Positions 56,445-64,000 of a stretch of DNA of 64,000 nucleotides are shown here, piece by piece. Within the stretch, counting starts at the first letter, position 1, and each line of letters opens with the position of its first letter. Under the pieces are notes generated by a model. That model was not told the origin of the DNA. It was given only the letters and a program-made list of their open reading frames with translations, and made no database searches. The stretch is from Planctomycetota bacterium (GTDB lineage Bacteria; Planctomycetota; Phycisphaerae; UBA1845). The translations under genes were made by a program, and so were the position numbers. The stretch lies in contig BOJX01000002.1 of NCBI GenBank assembly GCA_016860685.1, forward strand, positions 10 through 64,009, written 5' to 3'.

Positions 56445-58301
56445 CTACTGCGGCTTGATCGGTTGCGCTCCGGCGAGCGTCACCTTGAACGTTTTTCGCT
56501 CGCCCTCGCGCACCACCTCGACGTCCACGACGTCGCCCGCCTTGTTCTTCGCCAAGGCGCCCATGTAATCATAAATATTGTTCACCGTCATCGCACCGAT
56601 GCGTACGATCCTGTCGCCGGGCTTAAGCCCCGCCAGTTCCGCCGGACCGTCCTTGTTGACGTCCATGATCCTCATCCCCGGCTCGTCTTCCTCCGCGTAA
56701 CTCGGAGAAACGCCCATCACGACGCGGTACACCGGCGTCCCGCCCGCCACCGGAGACGAAGACTTGAGCTTCGCCACGTATTTCGGCGAGGTCTCCGCAT
56801 GCGCCAGGTCCGACGCGACCGCGAAGATGAAGTTCAGAACCTGCACGGCGCCCGGCGCGTTGATCCGGTCGGCGTCGTCGCTGGGCTTGTGATAATCCTG
56901 GTGCGTCCCCGTGTAAAAGTGCAGAGCGGGGACGCCCGCCCGGTAGAAGCTCGCGTCGTCGCTGCGGTTGCTCGTCGCCGACACCCGCTTCAACGTCAGC
57001 CCTGATTTTCCTCCCAGCCGGTCCAGTAACCCCGGAAAATCCTCCGCTGAATCCGCTCCGAACACCTCGAGCAGACCGTCCGACGACAGCCGCCCGATCA
57101 TGTCCATGTTCACCATCGCGGCCATCCTCGCCCCCGAGTGAGGGTTCTCAAGCCCCGGCAGAGGCGGGTGATCGACGAAATACTGGCTTCCGTGCAACCC
57201 GGACTCCTCCGCCGTGAACGCCACGAACGCCACGCTTCGTTTCGGTTTCGGTTCGGCGGCGAATTTCCGCGCTAATTCAATCACCCCGGCCGTTCCCGAG
57301 GCATTGTCGTCTGCGCCGTTATGAATCTGCGGCGCCTGCTCCGCTTCCGCGAGCTGACCCGCCTTGAACGTGCGCTGCCAGGGGATCGTCTTCCCGAGGT
57401 GATCGTAATGCGCCCCGATGACGATGTACTCGACGGTGGTCGTCGCGCTCCCGCGAAGGACGCCCACGACGTTGTGAACCTCCGCCTTGAGCTGCTTGAC
57501 TCCCGCCCGGCCCGAGGCCTTCACGTCCGCCAGCGCCCCGGAAACCACTTCCCCCTTCTCGATCCGCCGCTGGAGCGCCTCAAGCGTGTCCATCTTCGCC
57601 GCGATCAGCATCCGATCGGCAAGCTCCCGCGAAACCTGCATCGCCGGAAGTCCGTAAGCGTCCGGAACCGACCCGTCGAACGACGGCAATCCCTCCGGCG
57701 CTCCCTCCTTCGGGATCGGGGAGACGAACAACACCGCCGCCGCACCCCGGTCCCGGCAGGCGTACACTTTCGTTCGCGCCATCGCGTGCCGCATCGTCTC
57801 CGTGTCGTCGGGCCACGTGTTCGGCGCGCCCCGGAACATCAGCGCCACCTTGCCCGCCAGGTCGAGGTGGGCGAAATCCGTCTGCTTCCGCTCCTCAAAG
57901 TCAATCCCGTATCCGCAGAACACCACCGGACCGTCGAAGGCCGCGTCCGAGGAGAAAGGCAGCGGCACATAATCCGTCCCGGCTGAGATCGCGCCTTGAA
58001 GCGGCGCGACAGTGAGCCGCGTGTCCGCTGTCATTTCCTTCCGCGTCGCCACCTCGAACGTCTGAAAATAACTCGTTCCGCCGACGCCCGGCTCCAGCCC
58101 GATCTCGCGGAACTGCGCCGCGATGTAGTTCGCCGCCTTTTGAATTCCCGGGGTTCCCAGCCCCCGACCCTCCAGTTCGTCAGACGCCAGATACGTTACG
58201 TGGGCCTGAAATCGCTCCGCCGATATCTGCCCGCACGCCGGGACGACGCTCGCCGCCACGGCGGTCAGCCTGAGAAATCTTGACCACCTTTGCTGTTGCA
58301 T
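56445..58301 (-). CDS. Secreted M28 family aminopeptidase with PA domain and C-terminal PDZ domain
   Basis: Signal peptide, then HNGADDNASGTAGVIELAR and AFTAEESGLHGS (M28 zinc ligand blocks), and a C-terminal PDZ (GPAELAGLKPGDRIVRIGAMTV). Confidence 0.85.
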   Translation of the reverse strand: MQQQRWSRFLRLTAVAASVVPACGQISAERFQAHVTYLASDELEGRGLGTPGIQKAANYIAAQFREIGLEPGVGGTSYFQTFEVATRKEMTADTRLTVAPLQGAISAGTDYVPLPFSSDAAFDGPVVFCGYGIDFEERKQTDFAHLDLAGKVALMFRGAPNTWPDDTETMRHAMARTKVYACRDRGAAAVLFVSPIPKEGAPEGLPSFDGSVPDAYGLPAMQVSRELADRMLIAAKMDTLEALQRRIEKGEVVSGALADVKASGRAGVKQLKAEVHNVVGVLRGSATTTVEYIVIGAHYDHLGKTIPWQRTFKAGQLAEAEQAPQIHNGADDNASGTAGVIELARKFAAEPKPKRSVAFVAFTAEESGLHGSQYFVDHPPLPGLENPHSGARMAAMVNMDMIGRLSSDGLLEVFGADSAEDFPGLLDRLGGKSGLTLKRVSATSNRSDDASFYRAGVPALHFYTGTHQDYHKPSDDADRINAPGAVQVLNFIFAVASDLAHAETSPKYVAKLKSSSPVAGGTPVYRVVMGVSPSYAEEDEPGMRIMDVNKDGPAELAGLKPGDRIVRIGAMTVNNIYDYMGALAKNKAGDVVDVEVVREGERKTFKVTLAGAQPIKPQ

Positions 58302-58428
58302 TTGACCTTCCCGAATTGACGCGACCCTCGTCGCGCTGAAGCCAGTTTACTTGCCGCACGGCGTTCGGCAAAGCGGGCGCCTGTGCGGCGCCGACCCCCC
58401 GCGTCATCGCGGGCCGCTCAATCCCGCC

Positions 58429-59730
58429 TCATCCGTGCCGCGCCAGAACCTGCGCGAAACGCCACGCCTCGTGAAACGTGTTGTACAGCGGAACCGGGGC
58501 GACGCGGACCACGTTCGGCTCCCGGAAGTCGCACACCACGCCTTCGGCCTGAAGCGCGCGGAACAAATCCTTCGGCCGGTCATGCACGAGGATTGAAAGC
58601 TGGCATCCCCGACGGGCAGGATCGCGGGGTGTAATGACCTCGTAGCGCGGAGAACCCGCCCGGTCTCGCCCCAGTTCGTCGATCAGGTGCGCGAGATAGC
58701 CCGTCAGACGCTCTGATTTCGCGCGCAACGCCCCCATCCCGACCTCGTCGAAGATCGCCAGCGACGCCTTCAGCGCCGCCAGCGAGAGGATCGGAGGGTT
58801 CGACACCTGCCACGCCTCCGCGCTCTCGACCGGAACAAACTCCGTGTTCAGGTGCATCCGGAAACGCGTCGCCGGATCGTTGCCCCACCACCCCCCGAGC
58901 CGCGGCAGCGACGCCGACCGGTGATGCCGCTGATGCACGAACGCCCCCGCGACCGACCCCGGACCACCGTTCAGATACTTGTACGTACACCACGCCGCGA
59001 AATCCACGCCCCAGTCATGCAGCCGCAGCGGCACGTTGCCCGCCGCATGCGCCAGATCAAAACCCACGACACAACCCCGCGCCCGCGCCGCGCGAACGAT
59101 CCGCTCGATGTCGAAGACCTGACCCGTGAAGTAATTCACGCCGCCGAAAAGCACCAGCGCGATCCGATCCCCCTCCCGATCAATCAGCGACTCAAGATCC
59201 TCAGTACGCAGCGAGTATTCGCCGGGTCGAGGCTTCCCGATCAGCAGAGCCTCTTCCGGATCGAAGCCGTGAAGCCGGATCTGCGTTCGCGCCGCGTAAG
59301 TGTCCGAGGGAAAGGCCGTGTCCTCCATCAGGATGCAGGGACGCGAACGTGAAGGCCGGTAAAAGCTGATCATCAGCAGGTGAAGGTTCACCGTCAGGCC
59401 GTTCATGTAGACGACCTCGCCCGGTCGTCCGCCTACCAGCCGCGCGCCGCTTTCCCGGAAAACCTCATGATACGAGTACCACGGCGTGCGCCCGTCGAAA
59501 TGCGCGTCCACCGCCAGCCGCGCCCAGTCCTCCAGCTCCTGCTCGATCGATCCGCGCACCGACTTCGGCTGCAACCCCAGCGAGTTTCCGCAGAAGTAGA
59601 TGACGTCAGACCCGTCATCTCGCTTCGGAATGTGAAACAACGACCGGTATCTCGCCAGAGCGTCCCCCGCGTCAAGTGCGCGGGCACAGGATTCGTCGGT
59701 TCGGAACGCGGCGGGTTCGGATTCAGTCAT
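58429..59730 (-). CDS. kynU: Kynureninase
   Basis: ATG 59730. YFCGNSLGLQPKSV...ELEDWARLAVDAHF...TPWYSYHE and CTYKYLNGGPGSVAGAFVH (PLP-lysine context) are kynureninase blocks. Confidence 0.88.
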   Translation of the reverse strand: MTESEPAAFRTDESCARALDAGDALARYRSLFHIPKRDDGSDVIYFCGNSLGLQPKSVRGSIEQELEDWARLAVDAHFDGRTPWYSYHEVFRESGARLVGGRPGEVVYMNGLTVNLHLLMISFYRPSRSRPCILMEDTAFPSDTYAARTQIRLHGFDPEEALLIGKPRPGEYSLRTEDLESLIDREGDRIALVLFGGVNYFTGQVFDIERIVRAARARGCVVGFDLAHAAGNVPLRLHDWGVDFAAWCTYKYLNGGPGSVAGAFVHQRHHRSASLPRLGGWWGNDPATRFRMHLNTEFVPVESAEAWQVSNPPILSLAALKASLAIFDEVGMGALRAKSERLTGYLAHLIDELGRDRAGSPRYEVITPRDPARRGCQLSILVHDRPKDLFRALQAEGVVCDFREPNVVRVAPVPLYNTFHEAWRFAQVLARHG

Positions 59731-61555
59731 TCCGGGATTGTACGCAACGCGGCCCCTGCGCGCCAGAGGGGGCGTATTCGGGGCTGCGTGCCGCGCCGCT
59801 CGGTGAGCCTGGCGCCCCCGACGCCACCGGAATCCCCGAGTCCAGCCCCGGCGACGCTTGAAGATACTGATGCTTGAACTGCTCATGCGCGCCGCCGCGC
59901 ACCGCCTGACGTTCGCGGTCCAGGGATGTCAGAAAACCGGTCGGCACGACGTTGACCTCCACCGCCCCCAGCCGCCCCGACCGCCGCTTCTGTGCGTACT
60001 CGATATTCAGTGCGGAGAGTTGCTCATCCACCGCGGCGGCAAGTCGTGCGGCGGGTATCTCGTCGCAGCCCGGCTCCACGTGAAGCCGGTACCACGGCGG
60101 GTCGCCCCACTGCGGCGACAGCACGAAGATCTCACTCGCGTCGCCGCGGGAACCGCGCACCCGCGCGTACGCCTGCACGACCTGCCACTCCGTCAGCTTC
60201 TCCCCCGTGACGCTCGCCACGTTCGCCCCGCGGTGCAGAAACTCCAGCAACGGCGCCGTTCCGACGTAGCCCGTAACGCGCACCCGGTCGCCGATGTCGT
60301 ACCGCACCAGCCCGGAAGCGTTCGTCAGAATCACGCGGTACTCCGCGCCGACCTCGAGCGCTTCACAGGTCAGCGCGTGCCCTCCTCCGCCCGCGCTTTC
60401 CTCGGGCGGCAGGAACTCGAAGAACCCGCCTTCCACGTCCAGCACCCCCGACGACGTGCCGTCCGCGATCCCGAACGTCACACGCCCCTCGGTCGCCAGC
60501 AGACCGATGTCCCGCACCGGCGTCGCCCCGAACCACGTCGGAAACTCTCGGAGGTGATGCCCCAGCGTCCCGCCCGTCCAGTTCGCCAGAAACCCCAGCC
60601 GCCAGTAATGCGTGGGTCGCAACACGCCTTCACGCGTCAGGATGTCCTCCAGCCGTCGCGCGGCTTCCACATCGGGTTTAAGCCTCTCGGACAGCAGCGC
60701 CAGAACATGCGCCGGCAGCCGTTCTCCCGGCGGTGAGAGTGTTCCGTCCCGGAGGTCGCGGATGAGGCGATCGGCATGTTCGGCGGCCGTCTTCGCAAGC
60801 TTCAGCGGCGTCGCCGGACTTGCCGTCACGATCCAGCTCACGTCCTTCGGGACCGCAAAACGCATTACCGCGTAGTACCGCGCCGTTGGATCCGCGATCA
60901 GCGCGGTCTGCGACGGCACGACGTAATACTTCCGCACCAGCCGCTTCTGCGTCGCCGCCAGCAGTCCGGAGATCGACCCGCAGGGAACGCCCAGTTCCGT
61001 CCGCGACTCGTCCATCCGGGAGACGACCTGAACGATCCCGCGAAGAAAGCAATCCGGGTGGTCCAGCAGCGCCTTAAGCCCGAAGATGTTCCACCCCCGC
61101 CGGTAGTCCGCAATGAACGACGGCGTCACCGGCACGTGTTTCGGACGGTCGGTGCTTCCGCTGGTCGTCGCAAACATCAAGATGGGTTCATCCGGAGCGA
61201 GAAGGGCCGTCGTTTCACCCCGCCGCACCCGGTCCACATAAGGTGCGAACTCCTCATACGTCCGCACCGGAACGCGCGACTGAAAGTCCCGCACGTTGCA
61301 AATGTCGCTGAATCCGTGTTCGACCCCGAACGCACTGCCCGCACGCCGCCGCAGCAGACGCCGGAGACCTTCCTGCTGAACCTTTGACGCACGTTCCGCG
61401 GCGCGGAAGAACCGCCGCATCTGCCCGCGCACATGCATCTTCGCCAACCCGGCGAGGATCCGATCCGCAATGCTGACGCGATCGCGCTTCACGCTTCGAG
61501 TGTACGTCGGATCGCTGCGTCCGTCATCGCCACGACAGGGAGCCCGCGTTTCCAC
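59723..61555 (-). CDS. GH3-family acyl-acid amido synthetase-like (adenylating) protein
   Basis: FATTSGSTDRPKHVPVT (GH3/ANL P-loop-like motif), YRVILTNASGLVRYDIGDRVRVTGYVGTAPLLEFLHRG and VTGEKLTEWQV. The start is uncertain (GTG 61555 or GTG 61492). The 3' end overlaps the kynU start by 8 nt. Confidence 0.75.
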   Translation of the reverse strand: METRAPCRGDDGRSDPTYTRSVKRDRVSIADRILAGLAKMHVRGQMRRFFRAAERASKVQQEGLRRLLRRRAGSAFGVEHGFSDICNVRDFQSRVPVRTYEEFAPYVDRVRRGETTALLAPDEPILMFATTSGSTDRPKHVPVTPSFIADYRRGWNIFGLKALLDHPDCFLRGIVQVVSRMDESRTELGVPCGSISGLLAATQKRLVRKYYVVPSQTALIADPTARYYAVMRFAVPKDVSWIVTASPATPLKLAKTAAEHADRLIRDLRDGTLSPPGERLPAHVLALLSERLKPDVEAARRLEDILTREGVLRPTHYWRLGFLANWTGGTLGHHLREFPTWFGATPVRDIGLLATEGRVTFGIADGTSSGVLDVEGGFFEFLPPEESAGGGGHALTCEALEVGAEYRVILTNASGLVRYDIGDRVRVTGYVGTAPLLEFLHRGANVASVTGEKLTEWQVVQAYARVRGSRGDASEIFVLSPQWGDPPWYRLHVEPGCDEIPAARLAAAVDEQLSALNIEYAQKRRSGRLGAVEVNVVPTGFLTSLDRERQAVRGGAHEQFKHQYLQASPGLDSGIPVASGAPGSPSGAARSPEYAPSGAQGPRCVQSRND

Positions 61556-61644
61556 GCACCGCGAAAGTCGCTACGATCCCCTGCGGGCGAAGGCGAAGGC
61601 GGGAATCAGCCCGGCACGCCGATCGCGCGGGGTCTCCGCCGGAC

Positions 61645-62487
61645 ATGAAACTTGACTTCTGTTACGACCAGCATTTGCACTCCCGGCATTCCTTTGATTG
61701 TCAGACGCCGCCGGAGGACAACGTCCGCGCCGCAATCGACCGCGGACTCGCCGGACTCATCTTCACCGAACACTTCGACCCGCACCCCGAGGAGTGGCGC
61801 GAGTGCGTCTACGATCATCAGACGTACACCGGGACGATCCGCCGCCTGCGTGAGGAATTCGGCGAACGCATCTTCATCGGACAGGGCGTCGAAGTCGGCT
61901 ACTACCGCGAGCGACTCGATTTCACCCTCGACTTCCTCGCGGACGGTGGCTTCGACTGCGTGATTCTCAGTTTACACGCGATCGACCACCGCCTCCTTCA
62001 CCTGCGGGAATCCTGGGAGAACCTCTCCGTGCCGGAAGGCTCGCGCCGGTACTTCACACACCTGCTCGAAGCCGTCGAGTTCGCCCGTGACGTCAACCGA
62101 CGGGGCAGACCGGTCTTCAACGTCCTCGGCCACCTCGACCTGGTGAAACGTTACACGCGCCGGTTCTTCGCCGACGAGAGCGTCGAGGCCAACGCGGATG
62201 TCATTGATCGCATCCTCCACGCCTGCCTCGACGCCGGTCTGATCCCCGAAATCAACACCTCCACCTGGCGCCAGGGACTCGACGAACCGATGCCCGGCTC
62301 CGCCGTGCTTCGCCGTTACGCGGAACTGGGCGGTCGCGCGATCTCTCTCGGCTCCGACGCCCACCGCGCGGATGACATCGGCGCCGGCTTCGACGACGCC
62401 CTCCTTCTCGCTCGTGCCAGCGGTCTGTCTTATGTCGCCTGTTTCCGGGACACTCGACCTCAACTGGTTTCGCTGAACCTCGACTGA
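61645..62487 (+). CDS. PHP-family histidinol-phosphatase-like hydrolase (HisJ/HisK type)
   Basis: DQHLHSRHSFDC, FTEHFD, LGHLDL and SLGSDAH metal-ligand blocks typical of PHP histidinol phosphatases. Confidence 0.75.
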   Translation: MKLDFCYDQHLHSRHSFDCQTPPEDNVRAAIDRGLAGLIFTEHFDPHPEEWRECVYDHQTYTGTIRRLREEFGERIFIGQGVEVGYYRERLDFTLDFLADGGFDCVILSLHAIDHRLLHLRESWENLSVPEGSRRYFTHLLEAVEFARDVNRRGRPVFNVLGHLDLVKRYTRRFFADESVEANADVIDRILHACLDAGLIPEINTSTWRQGLDEPMPGSAVLRRYAELGGRAISLGSDAHRADDIGAGFDDALLLARASGLSYVACFRDTRPQLVSLNLD

Positions 62488-62553
62488 AGCATGCCCGACG
62501 TTTAAGCGACGCAACTCGCGACAGGAAGAGATCATGCGCTTTCGCTGACAGAA

Positions 62554-62593
62554 GAAGAACCGGGAGCCCTGCATCCGCCGCTCCCGGTTCTTC
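62554..62593 (-). terminator. Strong hairpin between the convergent PHP-hydrolase and flagellin genes, probably the flagellin terminator
   Basis: Perfect 14-bp stem GAAGAACCGGGAGC / GCTCCCGGTTCTTC with a 12-nt loop. On the minus strand it is followed by the pyrimidine-rich UUCUGU. An outer CTGACA/TGTCAG pairing extends it. Confidence 0.65.
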
Positions 62594-62634
62594 AGGTTGT
62601 CAGACCTGCCCGTCTATGTTGACGCGACGGCCGC

Positions 62635-64000
62635 TTACCCGCCCAGCAGCGTCAGAACGTTCTGCGACTGTGCGTTGGCGATCGCCAGGATCGAGTTGCC
62701 CGCCTGCACGAGGATCTGCGCCCGCGTCAACTCGGACGTCTCCTGCGCAAAGTCGGTGTCCCGGATCGTCGATTCCGACGACGTCAGGTTTTCGCTCGTG
62801 ATCTGCAGGGCGTTGATGTTCGTGCGCAGCGTATTGCGCTCGAACGCCCCCAGCCGTCCGCGAAGGACGGACACCTGCGTGATCACTTCGTTGAGAATGT
62901 CGCTCGCCTGCTTGAATTCACCTTCTCGCAGCGCGTATTCCTGCCCGCTCTGCAATTGCGACAGGTAGCCGACGATGCGGTTGCCCAGTTTGTTGGCCTG
63001 CATCGCTTTGACTCCGATGTTCTCCTGCTGGTTCGTGTTGACGTCCGGCCCGAGCTGGAACAGCGCCCCGCCGCCCGTCACCGCGAAGTTAGTCATTCCC
63101 GCGCCGAAGTCCGGATCGAGCGTCAGCTCCAGCTTCAGCAGCGGCGAACTGATCGACAGCTTCAGACCGTCCGCGATCGACTGCACGCCGTTGATGGTCG
63201 CCAGCGCATCGCGCCCGACCGTCCGGTTCACCGTCGCGCCGCTGCGGTCCGTCACGTCGAAGCTGCCCCCATCGCTCACCTTCGAAACGCTGACGAAGGC
63301 TTCCGATCCGTAACGTTGACTGTTGATGTTCACGCCGGTCGTCCCGCTGGCGACGGCGCTGATGCCCGTCGCATCCACCTGGGCGTTGATCGACGTGACG
63401 ATGTCCACAGCGCTGGCGTTGGCCGGGAACGTCAGCGTCACGATCCCGTCCGGACCCGACAGGTCGATCGTCACGGCGCTCGGCAGCGGCACGTTGGCGA
63501 AGCTCAATTGCGCCGTCAGCGCTGACTGCGAGACGTTGACGTTCACCGGGATGTAGTCCCGGTTGCCGAACTTCGCCGACAGCACGTTGACGTCCGCCAG
63601 ATCCGCCGTGTTGATCCCGCTGGTCACGTAGTCGAGCTGTCCGTTCAGAAGCTTCCGGCCCGCGAACGTCGACGTGTTGGCGATCCGAGAGATCGACTCG
63701 ATCGCCGAGTCGATCTGAAGCTGGTTCGCCTCGATCTCCTCGTCAGAGAACGCGCCCCGGTTCGCCGCCTCCACGATCAGACCCTTGATGTCGATCAGCA
63801 GTGCCGCCACCTCGTCCAGCGCGCCCTCCGTCGTCGCAATGACGTTGATCGCGCGGGACGTGTTGTCGATCGACTGATTGACCGCGGAGATCTCCGCCCG
63901 AAGCCGCTCCGAGACGATCAGCCCCGCCGGATCGTCCGATCCCTTGTTGATCCGCAGACCGCTCGACAGACGTTCGAGCGACTGCGCCAGCGCCCGTTGC
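62635..64000 (-). CDS. fliC: Flagellin (the N-terminal ~20 codons lie beyond the window end)
   Basis: The frame is open to nt 64000. N-domain: LERLSSGLRINKGSDDPAGLIVSERLRAEISAVNQ. C-domain: ENLTSSESTIRDTDFAQETSELTRAQILVQAGNSILAIANAQSQNVLTLLG. Flagellin_IN-like: VDIVTSINAQVDATGISAVA. The track ORF start at 63810 is an internal GTG. Confidence 0.93.
   Translation of the reverse strand, partial: QRALAQSLERLSSGLRINKGSDDPAGLIVSERLRAEISAVNQSIDNTSRAINVIATTEGALDEVAALLIDIKGLIVEAANRGAFSDEEIEANQLQIDSAIESISRIANTSTFAGRKLLNGQLDYVTSGINTADLADVNVLSAKFGNRDYIPVNVNVSQSALTAQLSFANVPLPSAVTIDLSGPDGIVTLTFPANASAVDIVTSINAQVDATGISAVASGTTGVNINSQRYGSEAFVSVSKVSDGGSFDVTDRSGATVNRTVGRDALATINGVQSIADGLKLSISSPLLKLELTLDPDFGAGMTNFAVTGGGALFQLGPDVNTNQQENIGVKAMQANKLGNRIVGYLSQLQSGQEYALREGEFKQASDILNEVITQVSVLRGRLGAFERNTLRTNINALQITSENLTSSESTIRDTDFAQETSELTRAQILVQAGNSILAIANAQSQNVLTLLGG

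Overview
This is a high-GC (roughly 65-70 %), gene-dense bacterial chromosome segment with about 45 protein-coding genes. I found no rRNA or tRNA genes, no transposase or integrase, and no CRISPR array. Two prepilin-like DUF1559 proteins (N-terminal FTL[IV]E motif), many GT-C/TPR envelope proteins and a lipoprotein with a PLYFED motif point to Planctomycetota, possibly Phycisphaerae-like; this is an inference, not a database result. Housekeeping genes are confidently recognisable: rpoC (3' end), rpsL, rpsG, fusA, groES, groEL, recO, clpC, carB, mnmA, guaA, kynU and a partial flagellin. They are interleaved with envelope and accessory genes. The most notable observations follow. (1) The str operon is interrupted by bioY and a Ste14-like methyltransferase, and it lacks tuf. 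(2) An 11-kb block (5.7-17.1 kb) holds four GT-C-type glycosyltransferases, one of them TPR-fused, plus one TPR-fused O-antigen-ligase-like (Wzy_C) protein. They surround a prepilin-like gene, so this may be a protein O-glycosylation locus. (3) A GH3 acyl-acid amido synthetase is translationally coupled to kynureninase. (4) A secreted 790-aa protein carries about 12 copies of a 27-residue hhhDxxGxDxY repeat. (5) A secreted fusion combines a LolA-like domain, a cysteine-less thioredoxin fold and a beta-propeller-like domain. (6) carB is about 175 aa longer than the E. coli enzyme because of several insertions, one containing a heptanucleotide tandem repeat, and it appears to have a very short leader or none. 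(7) A CpxP/Spy-like periplasmic protein and an orphan MacB-type permease lie divergent from an M48 protease. All functional calls rest on motif recognition by eye. Start codons are often uncertain because long antisense ORFs and alternative GTG/TTG starts abound in this GC-rich DNA.
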